64,000 bases of DNA, from positions 374,256 to 438,255 of the forward strand of contig NIVC01000829.1 of assembly GCA_002269645.1 (NCBI GenBank), in the 5' to 3' direction. Source of the stretch: Macrostomum lignano. Taxonomy: Eukaryota. The translations under genes were made by a program, and so were the position numbers. Of this stretch, positions 47,901 to 59,180 are shown one piece after another. Numbering within the stretch: the first letter of the stretch is position 1; every line of letters begins with the position of its first letter. The notes beneath the pieces are model-generated. The model had not been told where the DNA came from, made no database searches, and worked only from the letters and a program-made list of their open reading frames with translations.

Positions 47901-50482
47901 TCAAATCATTGTTAGCCGTTTGAATGTACATGCAGGCAAATCCACTCTGCAGAACTGCATCATTGTCGGTGGATGTCGCAAAAGAGTCGGAATAGTTAGC
48001 CTGGCTGGCATTCATGTTGTTGCTATCAGCAGCAGCTAGGGATGCCTGGTCACAGTCCACCCCCGTGTCCAGCCCCTGGTCACTGGAAACTGGATTCTGC
48101 ATTTGCGTATCGAGCCCCTTAAACGGCTCTGTTATCGGATAAAAAGGCGAGCTAGCTTGGTTGTCCTCGGTACGTATGGCTTAGCATGCTCGGTTCCTCG
48201 TTAAAGTCCCGTCAGTTTGGAGATTCTTCCATGCCCGTTGAAAGGCCGGAGGGACAATTTCCTGTTGTTTGTCACCACCTCAAACAAGAGGTTTAAAATG
48301 GGAACCCCCATAGAGCTGGTTTAGTTTCTTTGGGGAACCTTCAACTTGCTGGCCATGCTTTTCAGCCGGGATTGCAGCAGATCAGGGCTGCAGCTTGAAT
48401 CTTCTGCCGAGGTTTTTCCTCCCTGGCTTCCAGTAGTCCAGCAGCTAGATGATGGATGCTGATCTCGTAGTGGCTCTGCATTGTGTCCAGCGTGCTGACC
48501 TCCCACATTGTTCGGCATTCTCAGCAATCCGCGATTTTGTAGATTCCGTAGGCATGGCAGGCCGGATTGGCGTTTTCAGCTGCTGAGACTTATTACGCAT
48601 CGCGGATTGTGTCACCTGCCTATTTTCCAGGTGGTGAGCAGCACGACTTGGCGGGCGACTCCGGGCGCGGCGATCGTCAGCGACCCCCCCCCCCTGCATT
48701 CCAAAGCTGTTGCCGGTCGCCTTCCGTCCTGTCCTTGGGCGATGGCGGCTTCTAGATCGCACATCGCAGTCACGCTGGCGATCATACTGTCGGCCGTGTT
48801 GTGGAGGTAGTCGTCTCATAGTCGATCGCCCACCTTGGTAGTGCTGGCCTTGTGGACGACTATCCGATTGTTGAGGTTCTCTTGCTTCGCGGTGATGCGA
48901 GCTGTACCAGCTTCGGCTTTTGGGCGGCATAGCGAAACTGTGAGATTGCTGCACTGGTCCCGGAAGAAGATAATACGAAACCACACACACACACAGTCGA
49001 AGCAAAGTCACAATTTCTTTAATTAGATTCTAAGAAAAAGCCAAATTTTCGACCCGAACAGGGTCTTCATCAGGGTATAATATTAAATAATCATTACAAA
49101 CGGACAAATTAAAGCAGAGTTGAGTGTTTACAGGTAGTATAGAAAGACACGAGTAAAATAAAATGATCAATATGGTTGGGCGGTCACGTTGCAACGCGTG
49201 CCGGGGTAAAAATAATCCCGTTTTTATAGTCTTATCGGAGATCAGAAGTCCAATTTGTCCGGAATGTGTCCGTTTGGGCCTATTTTCGTAGTGGTAAAAA
49301 AACGGAGGAAGGGTAACGTTTACGGACATATTTTGGGGTTGTCCTCCGCCTCTGTCCGTTTCCTGTCCGCACAAAACCGTTTCCTTCGTCCGCTTTTTTG
49401 TCCGGGTTGTGCGGACAACGAAGCGGTCACTTAAATGGACAAAAAAGCGGACATAATTGCCATCGATAAAAACGGACTGGAGAATGGACATTAATACGGA
49501 CAAGGAAGCGAACCTCGGCGTTCAGGACACGAACGATCTTGGAAACGGACACAATTATGGCCCATTCAACAGCAAACAACATACGTGTCTCCAGGAAACG
49601 GACACACAGACAAGTTGGATCATGATACACATGCTTGATTAACATTTAGCTACTCGGATGCTCTCTCGAATAAAAGAGTTTTCCAAGTAAAGAGAAATGC
49701 TGGTGAATATAGTGCGAAATATTTATTCAGATACGACGGACTGTCTCATAGACATTGGTCCACACTTGATGAGCAGATGACTTGCTTGTAGCAGGTGGGA
49801 AAGTCTGAGCAAAGATCCCTCCCGTGCCAAGCCTCATGGTCACAGGCAGTTTGACCCTGCGACTACGGAATTGAACGGATCGTGACTCTCGTAGAGAAAA
49901 GTCATAGTCGTAGTCGTAGTAGAGTCGTACGTCTTGTATCAGCTGCAGAAATAACGCTCTTGCTCATTATGGTCCTGAGTAGATTTTTAGCGGAGGCAGA
50001 ATATACGTGGAAGGTTTTGTCGACAAACACGACGAGCCTCAATAGTCGGGTCCTGGGTACAAGAAATGCAAAAGGCAGTTTGAAACTGCAACCACGCACA
50101 CGGAATTAATTGAAGTTTGTCAGTTGTCGAGCATTTGAAAAAACCGATATTTCGGCCAGCTCCTGGCCTTTATTTTTAAACACATATACAGTAATTAAAT
50201 TAAGTAGCCAGTCAGGCCACGAGTCGCGGTTTGCGGCGTCTGGTCACAGATCGCCGCCTGCACAGCCTCTGGACACAGGCGGCTGGGCATTGCCGATCGG
50301 TTGTAGATTATTATTATTATTATTAGCAGTTGTAGTAGTACTAGTAGTAGTAGCAATATTAGTAGTAGTAGTAGTGGTGGTGGTGGTAGCTGTAGTCGTA
50401 GTAGAGTCGTACGTCTTGTAGTATAAGCTGCAGAAAAAGCGCTCTTGCTCAGAGTCAGAATATACGTAGTAGATAGACATAC

Positions 50483-50557
<75 letters not shown>

Positions 50558-50560
50558 AAT

Positions 50561-50649
<89 letters not shown>

Positions 50650-50652
50650 AAT

Positions 50653-50725
<73 letters not shown>

Positions 50726-50728
50726 AAT

Positions 50729-50765
<37 letters not shown>

Positions 50766-50768
50766 AAT

Positions 50769-50817
<49 letters not shown>

Positions 50818-50820
50818 AAT

Positions 50821-50893
<73 letters not shown>

Positions 50894-50896
50894 AAT

Positions 50897-50972
<76 letters not shown>

Positions 50973-51900
50973 GTAAAGCCGAATGCCAACGCAAAGCCAC
51001 GCACGCAGAGTCGGATTCTCTTAGTGATTAGTCAAATCGAACTTATTTAAATCGACCAATATTTCTGCCTATTGGCTGGCCTTAGTCAGGGTCGAAAAGT
51101 AAAGTTTATAATTCGATTTAGTTTAAATTTCTACAAAGAAAAAAATCGAGAAAGTTAATAAATGCGAGAGATAAAAATCTGTCAGTTTGATTAGGTTTAA
51201 AAGTCCGATGGGTGCTGGGCCGCACGTTGTGCTCCTAATTGAGCAGGATGTACAATGTAGTTGCAGTTTATTGATCTGAAAATGGGTTGCGGCGTGGCAA
51301 TGGTGAGAGTAGGCAGCTTAGACGGACAGGGAATGTCTTGAATCGAGCGCGATCTGGTGTACACCGTCACAGTGTCCAGTTCACGTGCATGGTCTGAGAT
51401 CACTTGGGAAACGGGTGCAAAGCAAGCCGATCAGTTTTTGTTCCATGTCCCTTCTACGGCGCTGGGCTCCTTTTTTTGTCGGCTTTGCACTCAGTGCTCA
51501 GGTACCATAGGCTCATGAAGCGAAGGTCATGAAGGCTGTGGTTGGCGGAGTTAAAAGGTCTCGACACTGGCGTGTCTTTTTTTCTAACCTGATGTCGCTC
51601 AGGTGGGCTTGTATTCTGACCTTGAGAGTACCACCTGTCTCCCCAATGTAGCCGCAGTGGCCACTACAAGTCTTACAGAGAATCGCATAGACCACGTCTC
51701 TGGAGTCACAGCGGAGTTTTTGGTTGATTCTGTAGACCATTTTAGTGGCATTGGAGCCTGGGCAGACCTGGCCAAACTGACCATGCTGTTCACACAGGTG
51801 ACAGCTCGAATTTTTGCATCTAGAATTGCAGGTAGATAGATAGTAGATAGATAAATAGGCAGACAGATAGATAGACAGACAGACATACAGACAGACAGAG

Positions 51901-51932
<32 letters not shown>

Positions 51933-52829
51933 TGAATGGATGCTATTCTCCCAATTCCATTCGCTGTCAGGTGGCCCAGCCGCAGTCGAGTACCTGACGA
52001 TTCCCCGAGGCACCGCGAGCGGCACCAAGAGGAGGACAGGCGCCGCAGTCGGCAGGGCAGCGGCCCCGGCCCGCTGTCCTACCGAGGCGTCCTGAAGCTG
52101 CCAGCATCGGCTGCCGCGTCCTCATCAAACGCCAGTCAGTCGGGCGGCCCAGTGAGAAAAGCCGAGGCCCATTCCACGTCTGCCGCTGCCGATGACCTCG
52201 GGCCGACTCTGTATAGCGACTCTATTTCAGCCTATTCATCTAGGCAGCGGGACTCGCGGGACTATCGGGACTCGAGGGACTCAAGGGACTATCGGGACTC
52301 GAGGGACTCAAGGGACTATCGGGACTCGAGGGACTCAAGGAACTCGAGAGATCCCGCTCGATCTGGCGAGAGAATCGTTGCTAAGGCCCGGCGTGACAAT
52401 GGCGGTGGGTTGTTGACTTGATATGATAATGATAATTATATGATCAGCTCTTATGAGTCCCCTCTCCTTTACCCTCTACCCTCTACTTTACCCTCTACCC
52501 TCTCCTTTACCCTCTACCCTCTCCTTTACCCTCTACCCTCTCCTTTACCCTCTACCCTCTCCTTTACCTTCTACCCTCTCCTTTACCTTCTACCCTCTCC
52601 TTTACCCTCTACCCTCTCCTTTACCTTCTCTCTTAATTTCTTCTTCCCCTCCCTCAGCTTCTCGTCTCCATAATCTTTTATTTCATTTTATCGTCTCAAT
52701 GGAATTCATCGTACTTACTCTTAATTTAATCTTTACATCAATTTCTCCATTGCAGGCCGGTCCTCGGCGTCCACTGCATCAGGAGCTGGCAGACTGGATC
52801 GCATTGTCATAAACAGATCAGTACGATAA
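44087..52829 (+). CDS. C19orf47: C19orf47-like protein (N-terminal SAM-like domain, long low-complexity tail); exons 44087-44636, 45357-45816, 51971-52404, 52756-52829 (505 aa)
   Basis: WRKFFSTAGIPSADAQNYAAIFEDNRITESVLGDLRKEHLTDMGIRRMGDIISILK matches human C19orf47 WIQFFKEAGIP..AVNYAVMFVDNRI..LLDLNKE..GDIIAILK, and SVFNRLG motifs are present. Introns are GT-AG with consistent phases 1,2,1 and sum to 1518 nt. Confidence 0.82.
44850..45195. repeat. (GACA)n microsatellite in C19orf47 intron 1
   Basis: Direct inspection. Confidence 0.95.
45939..45985 (-). ncRNA. Degenerate minimal type I hammerhead ribozyme in the 3' pseudo-LTR
   Basis: ATTATACC-CCGACGG-stem II-GAAA-TATT-GGTATTAT: stem I is largely intact but the core is mutated from CUGAUGA. 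Confidence 0.55.
47281..47330 (-). ncRNA. Minimal type I hammerhead ribozyme with intact core
   Basis: Minus strand GGC-CTGACGA-A-GAGCC(CAGA)GGCTT-GAAA-CCG-GTA-GCC: full catalytic core, 5-bp stem II, palindromic ACCGGT stem III, GUA cleavage triplet and 3-bp stem I. Confidence 0.8.
49035..49081 (-). ncRNA. Minimal type I hammerhead ribozyme in the 5' pseudo-LTR (core intact, stem I eroded)
   Basis: ATTATACC-CTGATGA-A-GACCC(TGTTC)GGGTC-GAAA-ATTT-GG; only 2 bp of stem I remain. Confidence 0.65.
50470..50970. repeat. (GATA)n microsatellite, ~500 bp, with periodic GAAATATA interruptions
   Basis: Direct inspection. Confidence 0.97.
51250..51835 (-). mobile_element. Second Penelope-like fragment (Cys-rich linker + GIY-YIG; Neptune-like)
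   Basis: CKNSSCHLCEQHG..LRCDSRDVVYAILCKTC..GYIGETGGTLKVRIQAHLSDIR, followed by RRRDMEQKLIGLLCTRFP. Confidence 0.85.
52450..52625. repeat. 19-bp pyrimidine-rich tandem repeat in C19orf47 intron 3
   Basis: Unit TCTCCTTTACCCTCTACCC. Confidence 0.9.
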
Positions 52830-53439
52830 TGTTAGTCTATCTCTTCTGCTGTTATATTTTCGCAAACATCCCCTTAGCAACCAGGTCCAATATTGAATAT
52901 TGCCTGAAGAAGAATCTATCAGAGGTTTCTTGCTACGTTCTGAGGACGAGAATGCTTTAATAAAAATCTTAGTAGATTAATATATTTAAGCATTTGCTCT
53001 GTTAGCTACTACTTCTTGGCGAACAAACTGCTAAGTAGTGTGGTGTGTGTTTTTTTGTCTGTCATGTTGCCAAATTTATATTTAAATTCGTGTCTGTCGC
53101 ATGACCATGAAGGCAGATATGATTTTTTATTTCGTGTTTTTTTTATCTTTCCCTATCGAACACTGACTGATCACTACTCATATCTAAGCACTATATGCGG
53201 CCGACTGTGCTCGATTTTCATTTCCGCTTGCTTACTTAATAATAAATATAGTATCAGATTGCGTTGTTATAATTTTATAGTACGATTATGTACTCATTTG
53301 ATCAGTATGTAATTATTGCTTAAATAATAAACCAGTGGGTGTGACTTGCGGTTTTTGTCTCTAATGCTAGCGTCAATTGGCTCAATGGATATGTTCACTT
53401 GACTTCGGGCTTGTATGATTCACGATTTTATAATTGTGA

Positions 53440-54260
53440 CAGTCACCTCCATCTGTCACTGTGATGGTCACCTCCATCTGTCACTGTGATGGTCACCTCC
53501 ATCTGTCACTGTGACGATCACCTCTGTCACTGTGATGGTCACCTCCATTTGTCACTGTGACGATCACCTCTGTCACTGTGATGGTCACCTCCATCTGTCA
53601 CTGTGATGGTCACCTCCATCTGTCACTGTGATGGTCACCTCTATCTTTCACTGTGATGGTCACCTCTATCTGTCACTGTGATGGTCACCTCTATCTGTCA
53701 CTGTGATGGTCACCTCTATCTGTCACTGTGATGGTCACCTCTATCTTTCACTGTGACAGTCACTTCCATCTGTCACTGTGTCAGTCACCTCCATCTGTAA
53801 ATGTGACAGTTACACCCAATCTGTCATTGTGACAGTCAACCCCATCTGCCACTGTGACAGTCACCTCTATCTGTCACTTCCATCTGTCACACGTGAAAGT
53901 CACCCCTATCTGCCACTGTGACAGTCACTTCCATCTGTCACTGTGACAGTCACCTCTATCTGTCACTGACACTTACCTCCATCTGTCACTGTGACAGTCA
54001 CTCCATCTGTCACTGTGACAGTCACTCCATCTGTCACTGTGACAGTCACTCCATCTGTCACTGTGACAGTCACTCCATCTGTCACTGTGACAGTCACTCC
54101 ATCTGTCACTGTGACAGTCACCTTCATCTGTCAATGTGAGAGTGATCTCCATCTGCCACTGTGACAGTCCCATCTGTCAATATGAGAGTGGTCTCCATCT
54201 GCCACTGTGACAGTCCCATCTGTCAATATGAGAGTGGTCTCCATCTGTCACTGTGACAGA
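53440..54260. repeat. 23-25-bp tandem repeat with an internal palindrome
   Basis: Unit TCACCTCCATCTGTCACTGTGATGG; later variants contain TGTCAC-T-GTGACA. Confidence 0.9.
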
Positions 54261-55087
54261 CACCAACATTGTTTCATGTTTCGTACTAGTGTTTTAATAG
54301 CTTAACGATCACATTGCAATTATATGATTTTTAGTACATTTAATATTAAGATCTTAGAGATTTAGTATAGGTGGATCGACGGAACCTTACAGCCTGTATA
54401 CTTATAGATTTTTGTTGTATAAAATTTTAAGCTATGATTATTTTGACCTTAGTTTGTACATGCGCTGCTCGAGTAATTGCTACGATATGAGGAAAAGAAC
54501 ATACAGCTGAATGTCATAAATCATAAATCTAATAGGATGCTGCGAGTAAACCGGTTGGAAGTGGACCATGGATTCATAAGTTAGCGTACATGCTGCTATT
54601 CCCAATGTACTTGTAGTGTAGATACATGTAATAATTACAGTCTGTATCAGTACATGGTGTACAGTGTATATCCACACATTATATTACAGTCCAGTTGTTC
54701 CGTTTTTAATACAGCATTTATGCGTTACAAAACTTCTTTCTACCCTTTATCAATCCTGTAAGTGCACTCTCCCAGATAGAGTACGCTCAGGATATATCAG
54801 GCTACAGTGTACATGACGACTCAGTACCCTTAGGTCAGTCCCCTGTCTATCGGCATAGAGCTACATGTACACTTAGCCAAGCGAGGAGTGGACGAGAAGG
54901 GAGAGAGGGGGGTAGTGGGTCTGCGCAGTTCCGACCGGCACTCTCTCCTCGCCTCTTCCCCAAGTTGTTGTACACTGCATGCCCACACCAGCCTTTTATA
55001 TATTTCTGCCCCAATCTCGCCAACACTGGGACACGCCGATTGAATCCCAAACTGCTGATTCAGTTTCAAATCGTTCTAATCCAAATC

Positions 55088-58000
55088 ATGGCATCCAGTG
55101 CAACGTCTACAGTCGAACGCTTGGTCATACCTGTGCCGAAAGCTGCCCTGGACCCGGCCACATCATCTCGGGTGGCCATCGATAGCGGCAGCTTGCTAAC
55201 CAAAATGTTATTCATTACTGAACGCGATTCAACTTCCTATAACATGCACTTTCTGTTGATGAAAAATGCCGACTTCAATGACGGACTCGACATCATCAGG
55301 GAGGAGTGCCGGCTGTTGCAGCGGGACGGTAGCGACGTGGTGAAGGTGACGGGCGTCGGGTACAAGCACGAGCAGCAGTTCAACCAGTTGCTAGGGGCCT
55401 CGTCCGAGTTTGTGGTGGAGCCGCTCTGCTGGATTCGGGGCTACTATTGGGCTGTGGAGAACCTGGACCCGGCAGATCTGTTCTATCAGCACGAGGCCAC
55501 CGACCCGTGCTTCTGCAAGAGCTCCTCTGGTCGCTTGGTGGACTTGGAGACTGCCGCTGGTTAGTCTGACACTTATTTCAGAATGTCTGACGCTTATTTT
55601 TATTGTGTCTGACGCTTATTTTTATTGTGTCTGACACTTATTTCAGAATATCTGACGCTTATTTTTATTGTGTCTGACACTTATTTCAGAATATCTGACG
55701 CTTATTTTTATTGTGTCTGACACTTATTTAAGAATGTCTGACGCTTATTTTATTGTGTCTGACACTTATTTCAGAATGTCTGACGCTTATTTTATTGCGT
55801 CTGACACTTATTTCAGAATGTCTGACGCTTATTTTATTGTGTCTGACACTTATTTCAGAATGTCTGACGCTTATTTTATTGTGTCTGACGCTTATTTTAT
55901 TGTGTCTGACACTTATTTCAGAATGTCTGGCACTTATTTTATTGTGTCTGACACTTATTTCAGAATGTCTGGCACTTATTTTATTGTGTCTGACACTTAT
56001 ATTTCAGAATGTCTGGCACTTTTCAGTACTATCTGACACTTTTCAGTAGGTCTAGCACTTTTCAGTACTATCTGACACTTTTCAGTATGTCTGACACCTA
56101 TTTCAGTATGTCTGACACTTGTTTCAACATGTCTGACACTCATTTTAGTATGTCTGACACTCATTTCAGTCTATCTGACACTTATTTCAGAATGTCTGAC
56201 ACTTATTTTATTGTGTCTGACACTTATTTCAGAATGTCTGACGCTTATTTTATTGTGTCTGAGACTTATTTCAGAATGTCTGACACTTATTTTATTGTGT
56301 CCGACACTTATTTCAGTATTTCTTACGCTTTTCAGTACTATCTGACACTTTTCAGTATGTCCTATTTCAGACCTATTTCAGTCTATCTGACACCTATTTC
56401 AGTATGTCTGACACTCATTTTAGTATGTCTGACACTCATTTCAGTCTATCTGACACTTATTTCAGTATGTCTGACACTTATTTCAGTATGTCAGACACTT
56501 ATTTCAGTATATCTGACACTTATTTCTGTATTTCTGACACTTATTTCAGTATGCCTGACGCTTATTTCAGTATGTCTGACACTTATTTCAGTATGTCTGA
56601 CACTTGTTTCAGCTTGTCTGACACTCATTTCAGCATGTCTGACACAATTGTTTTAGTAATGTCTGACACTTATTTCAGTATGCCTGACACTTATTTCAGT
56701 ATGCCTGACACTTATTTCAGTATGTCTGACACTTATTTCAGCATGTCTGACACTCATTTCAGTAATTTTTGACACTTATTTCTGAATGTCTGACACAGTA
56801 TTGTTCCAAATACAATGCAACCCCTCCCCTTTTATAATGCCTTGCTTAATTTCCCTTCCCAAAATCGCAGCGGACAATGACCCGGCCGCCAGCGGGTCCG
56901 GCAAGTTCCCCGCGGTGCTGGTGAACGCAGGCAGCAGCGTCGGCATGTGCATCGTGAACGAGAGCGGCGAAGCTGTGAGGCTGTCGCTGTCCTTCTTCTC
57001 CTGCAAGACCCTGGCCGGCCTGGCCAGTCTGCTTCTTGGCACGGCTGATTTCGAAGAAATTGTCCGCCTGGCCGAGGCCGGAGATCGGGGCAACGTGGAC
57101 CTGAAGATTGACGAGCTCACGGCTGAGGATCCGTTGCATCCGTTCGGAGCCTACGATGGCGACATCCCGCTGGTGCATCTGGGCAAGATCGCCAACGCCT
57201 CCGTGACGGCTGGTGGGTGCTGGGATAACACCTGGCTTTGAAATCTCCGTTTGTAGCATCTGTAATTAGAGACTCAAGTAGCGCTTGAAGATCACAGGTG
57301 TATTAAAGGGGAGATTGAAGACTGCAGGTGGATTAAAGGGAGATTGAAGATCACATGTGGATTAAAGGGGAGATCGAAGATCACAGGTGGATTAAAGGGG
57401 AGATCGAAGATCACAGGTGGATTAAAGGGGAGATTGAAGATCACATGTGGATTAAAGGGGAGATCGAAGATCACATGTGGATTAAAGGGGAGATCGAAGA
57501 TCACAGGTGGATTAAAGGGGAGATTGAAGATCACATGTGGATTAAAGGGGAGATCGAAGATCACAGGTGGATTAAAGGGGAGATCGAAGATCACATGTGG
57601 ATTAAAGGGGAGATCGAAGATCACAGGTGGATTAAAGGGGAGATTGAAGATCACATGTGGATTAAAGGGGAGATCGAAGATCACAGGTGGATTAAAGGGG
57701 AGATTGAAGATCACAGGTGGATTAAAGAGGAGCTTAGAGACTACAGGTGGATTAAAGGGAGCTTAGAGACCACATGTGGATTAAAGGGGAGCTTAGAGAC
57801 CACATGTGGATTAAAGGGGAGCTTAGAGACCACATGTGGATTAAAGGGGAGCTTAGAGACCACAGGTGGATTAAAGGGGAGCTTAGAGACCACAGGTGGA
57901 TTAAAGGGGAGCTTAGAGACCACAGGTGGATTAGAGGGGAGCTGAGATTAAATATCACCGGCGGATTAAAGTGGAGCTTAGAGGCGGATTAAAGGGCAGA

Positions 58001-58500
58001 TTAAAGATCACAGGTGGATTAAGGGGGAGCTTAGAAATCACAGGCGGATTAAAAGTGAGTCAGAAGCGCGATTTGCACTCTTTGCAAATAATTGTCGAAT
58101 ACTCATTAATTATTACTCATTCTCACACTAGGCAGTAGTTTACAATTAAAACAATTACCGCTTACTTTTCCTTTTCCACCCCCTTTCCCCAAAAACAACC
58201 GCAGCCGCAGCAAAACGCGAAGACGTGGCCCGGTCTCTGGTGTCCCTGTTCTGCTTCAACCTGTTCAGCACTATCCTGTCATTCGCCTCAGACGCGCAGG
58301 TCAATAACGTCTACTTGGGCGGCAGCTGTTTTCGTCACTCGCTGTTTCGGCGGGAATTCGAAAACGCGCGCTCGTTTCGGCTGCACAGAGCCGGGTTCAA
58401 CCACCACTTCTTGAAGGTTGGCGCCCAAGTTGGCAGCATTGGAGCTCTGGTGTCGGCTAACGAGCTGGTGCCCAATGTGCTCAAATTCTCTGTTGCTTGA
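55088..58500 (+). CDS. PANK: Divergent type II (fumble-like) pantothenate kinase; exons 55088-55559, 56871-57212, 58205-58500 (369 aa)
   Basis: Collinear with the eukaryotic PanK core: AIDSGSLLTK (DIGGTLVK), TGVGYK (TGGGAYK), FPAVLVNAGSSV (YPYLLVNIGSGV), GLASLLLGTADFEEIVRLAEAGDRGNVDL, KREDVARS, VYLGGSC and GSIGAL. Both GT-AG introns are phase 1 and the exons sum to 1110 nt. An in-frame alternative acceptor exists at 58211. Confidence 0.85.
55565..56795. repeat. ~21-bp minisatellite filling PANK intron 1
   Basis: Units TCTGACACTTATTTCAG(A/T)ATG and TCTGACGCTTATTTTATTGTG, often alternating. Confidence 0.95.
57290..58030. repeat. 30-bp minisatellite in PANK intron 2
   Basis: Unit TGGATTAAAGGGGAGATCGAAGATCACAGG, switching to a ..GGAGCTTAGAGACCAC.. 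variant. Confidence 0.95.
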
Positions 58501-58609
58501 AAGGTTACTCAGCAATGATTGACAGCTCGTGATATGTGTTTCAACTTTGGAATGGTTTTTTAATAAACAGATGTAGCTCTATACTTCCAAGCAGTGATGG
58601 CGCTCTTGG

Positions 58610-59180
58610 TGATCGCCCCCTGTCTCTCAGTGGTCGCCCCTGTCTCTCAGTGGTCGCCCCTGTCTCTCAGTGGTCGCCCCTGTCTCTCAGTGGTCGCCCC
58701 TGTCTCTCAGTGGTCGCCCCTGTCTCTCAGTGGTCGCCCCTGTCTCTCAGTGGTCGCCCTGTCTCTCAGTGGTCGCCCCTGTCTCTCAGTGGTCGCCCCT
58801 GTCTCTCAGTGGTCGCCCCTGTCTCTCAGTGGTCGCCCCTGTCTCTCAGTGGTCGCCCCTGTCTCTCAGTGGTCGCCCCTGTCTCTCAGTGGTCGCCACT
58901 GTCTCTGGATTGGCGCCCCCTGTCTCTGGATTGGCGCCCCCTGTCTCTGGATTGGCGCCCCCTGTCTCTGGATTGGCGCCCCCTGTCTCTGGATTGGCGC
59001 CCCTGTCTCTGGATTGGCGCCCCTGTCTCTGGATTGGCGCCCCCTGTCTCTGGATTGGCGCCCCTGTCTCTTGATTGACGTCCCCTGTCTCTGGATTGGC
59101 GCCCCTGTCTCTTGATTGGCGCCCCTTGTCTTTTGATTGGCGCCCCCTGTCTCTTGATTGGCGCCCCCTGTCTCTTGATT
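58610..59180. repeat. 20/21-bp GC-rich tandem repeat downstream of PANK
   Basis: TGTCTCTCAGTGGTCGCCCC, then TGTCTCTGGATTGGCGCCCCC. Confidence 0.95.

Larger units (their letters stand above)
45880..49200 (-). mobile_element. Degenerate Penelope-like element (RT + GIY-YIG) bounded by two pseudo-LTR copies (45880-46093, 48977-49200), in C19orf47 intron 2
   Basis: Minus strand: MDVKCLHTNIP, QVKGTSMGKAFAPSYSNIFM, IQFLDCGVSL..IYLKPTESRQLL..FHPKHTFKGILKSQILR, and AILCKTC..IYVGEMEGALKVRLQAHLSN. The two flanks are diverged direct repeats. Confidence 0.88.

Noticed and set aside
48105-48145. Fourth hammerhead candidate (minus: CCGATAACA-GAGCC..GGCTC-GATAC)
   Set aside because: Stem II is perfect but both core segments are mutated and stem I is not evident; at most a relic.
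50195-51004. YLSI-repeat ORFs
   Set aside because: Translations of (GATA)n.
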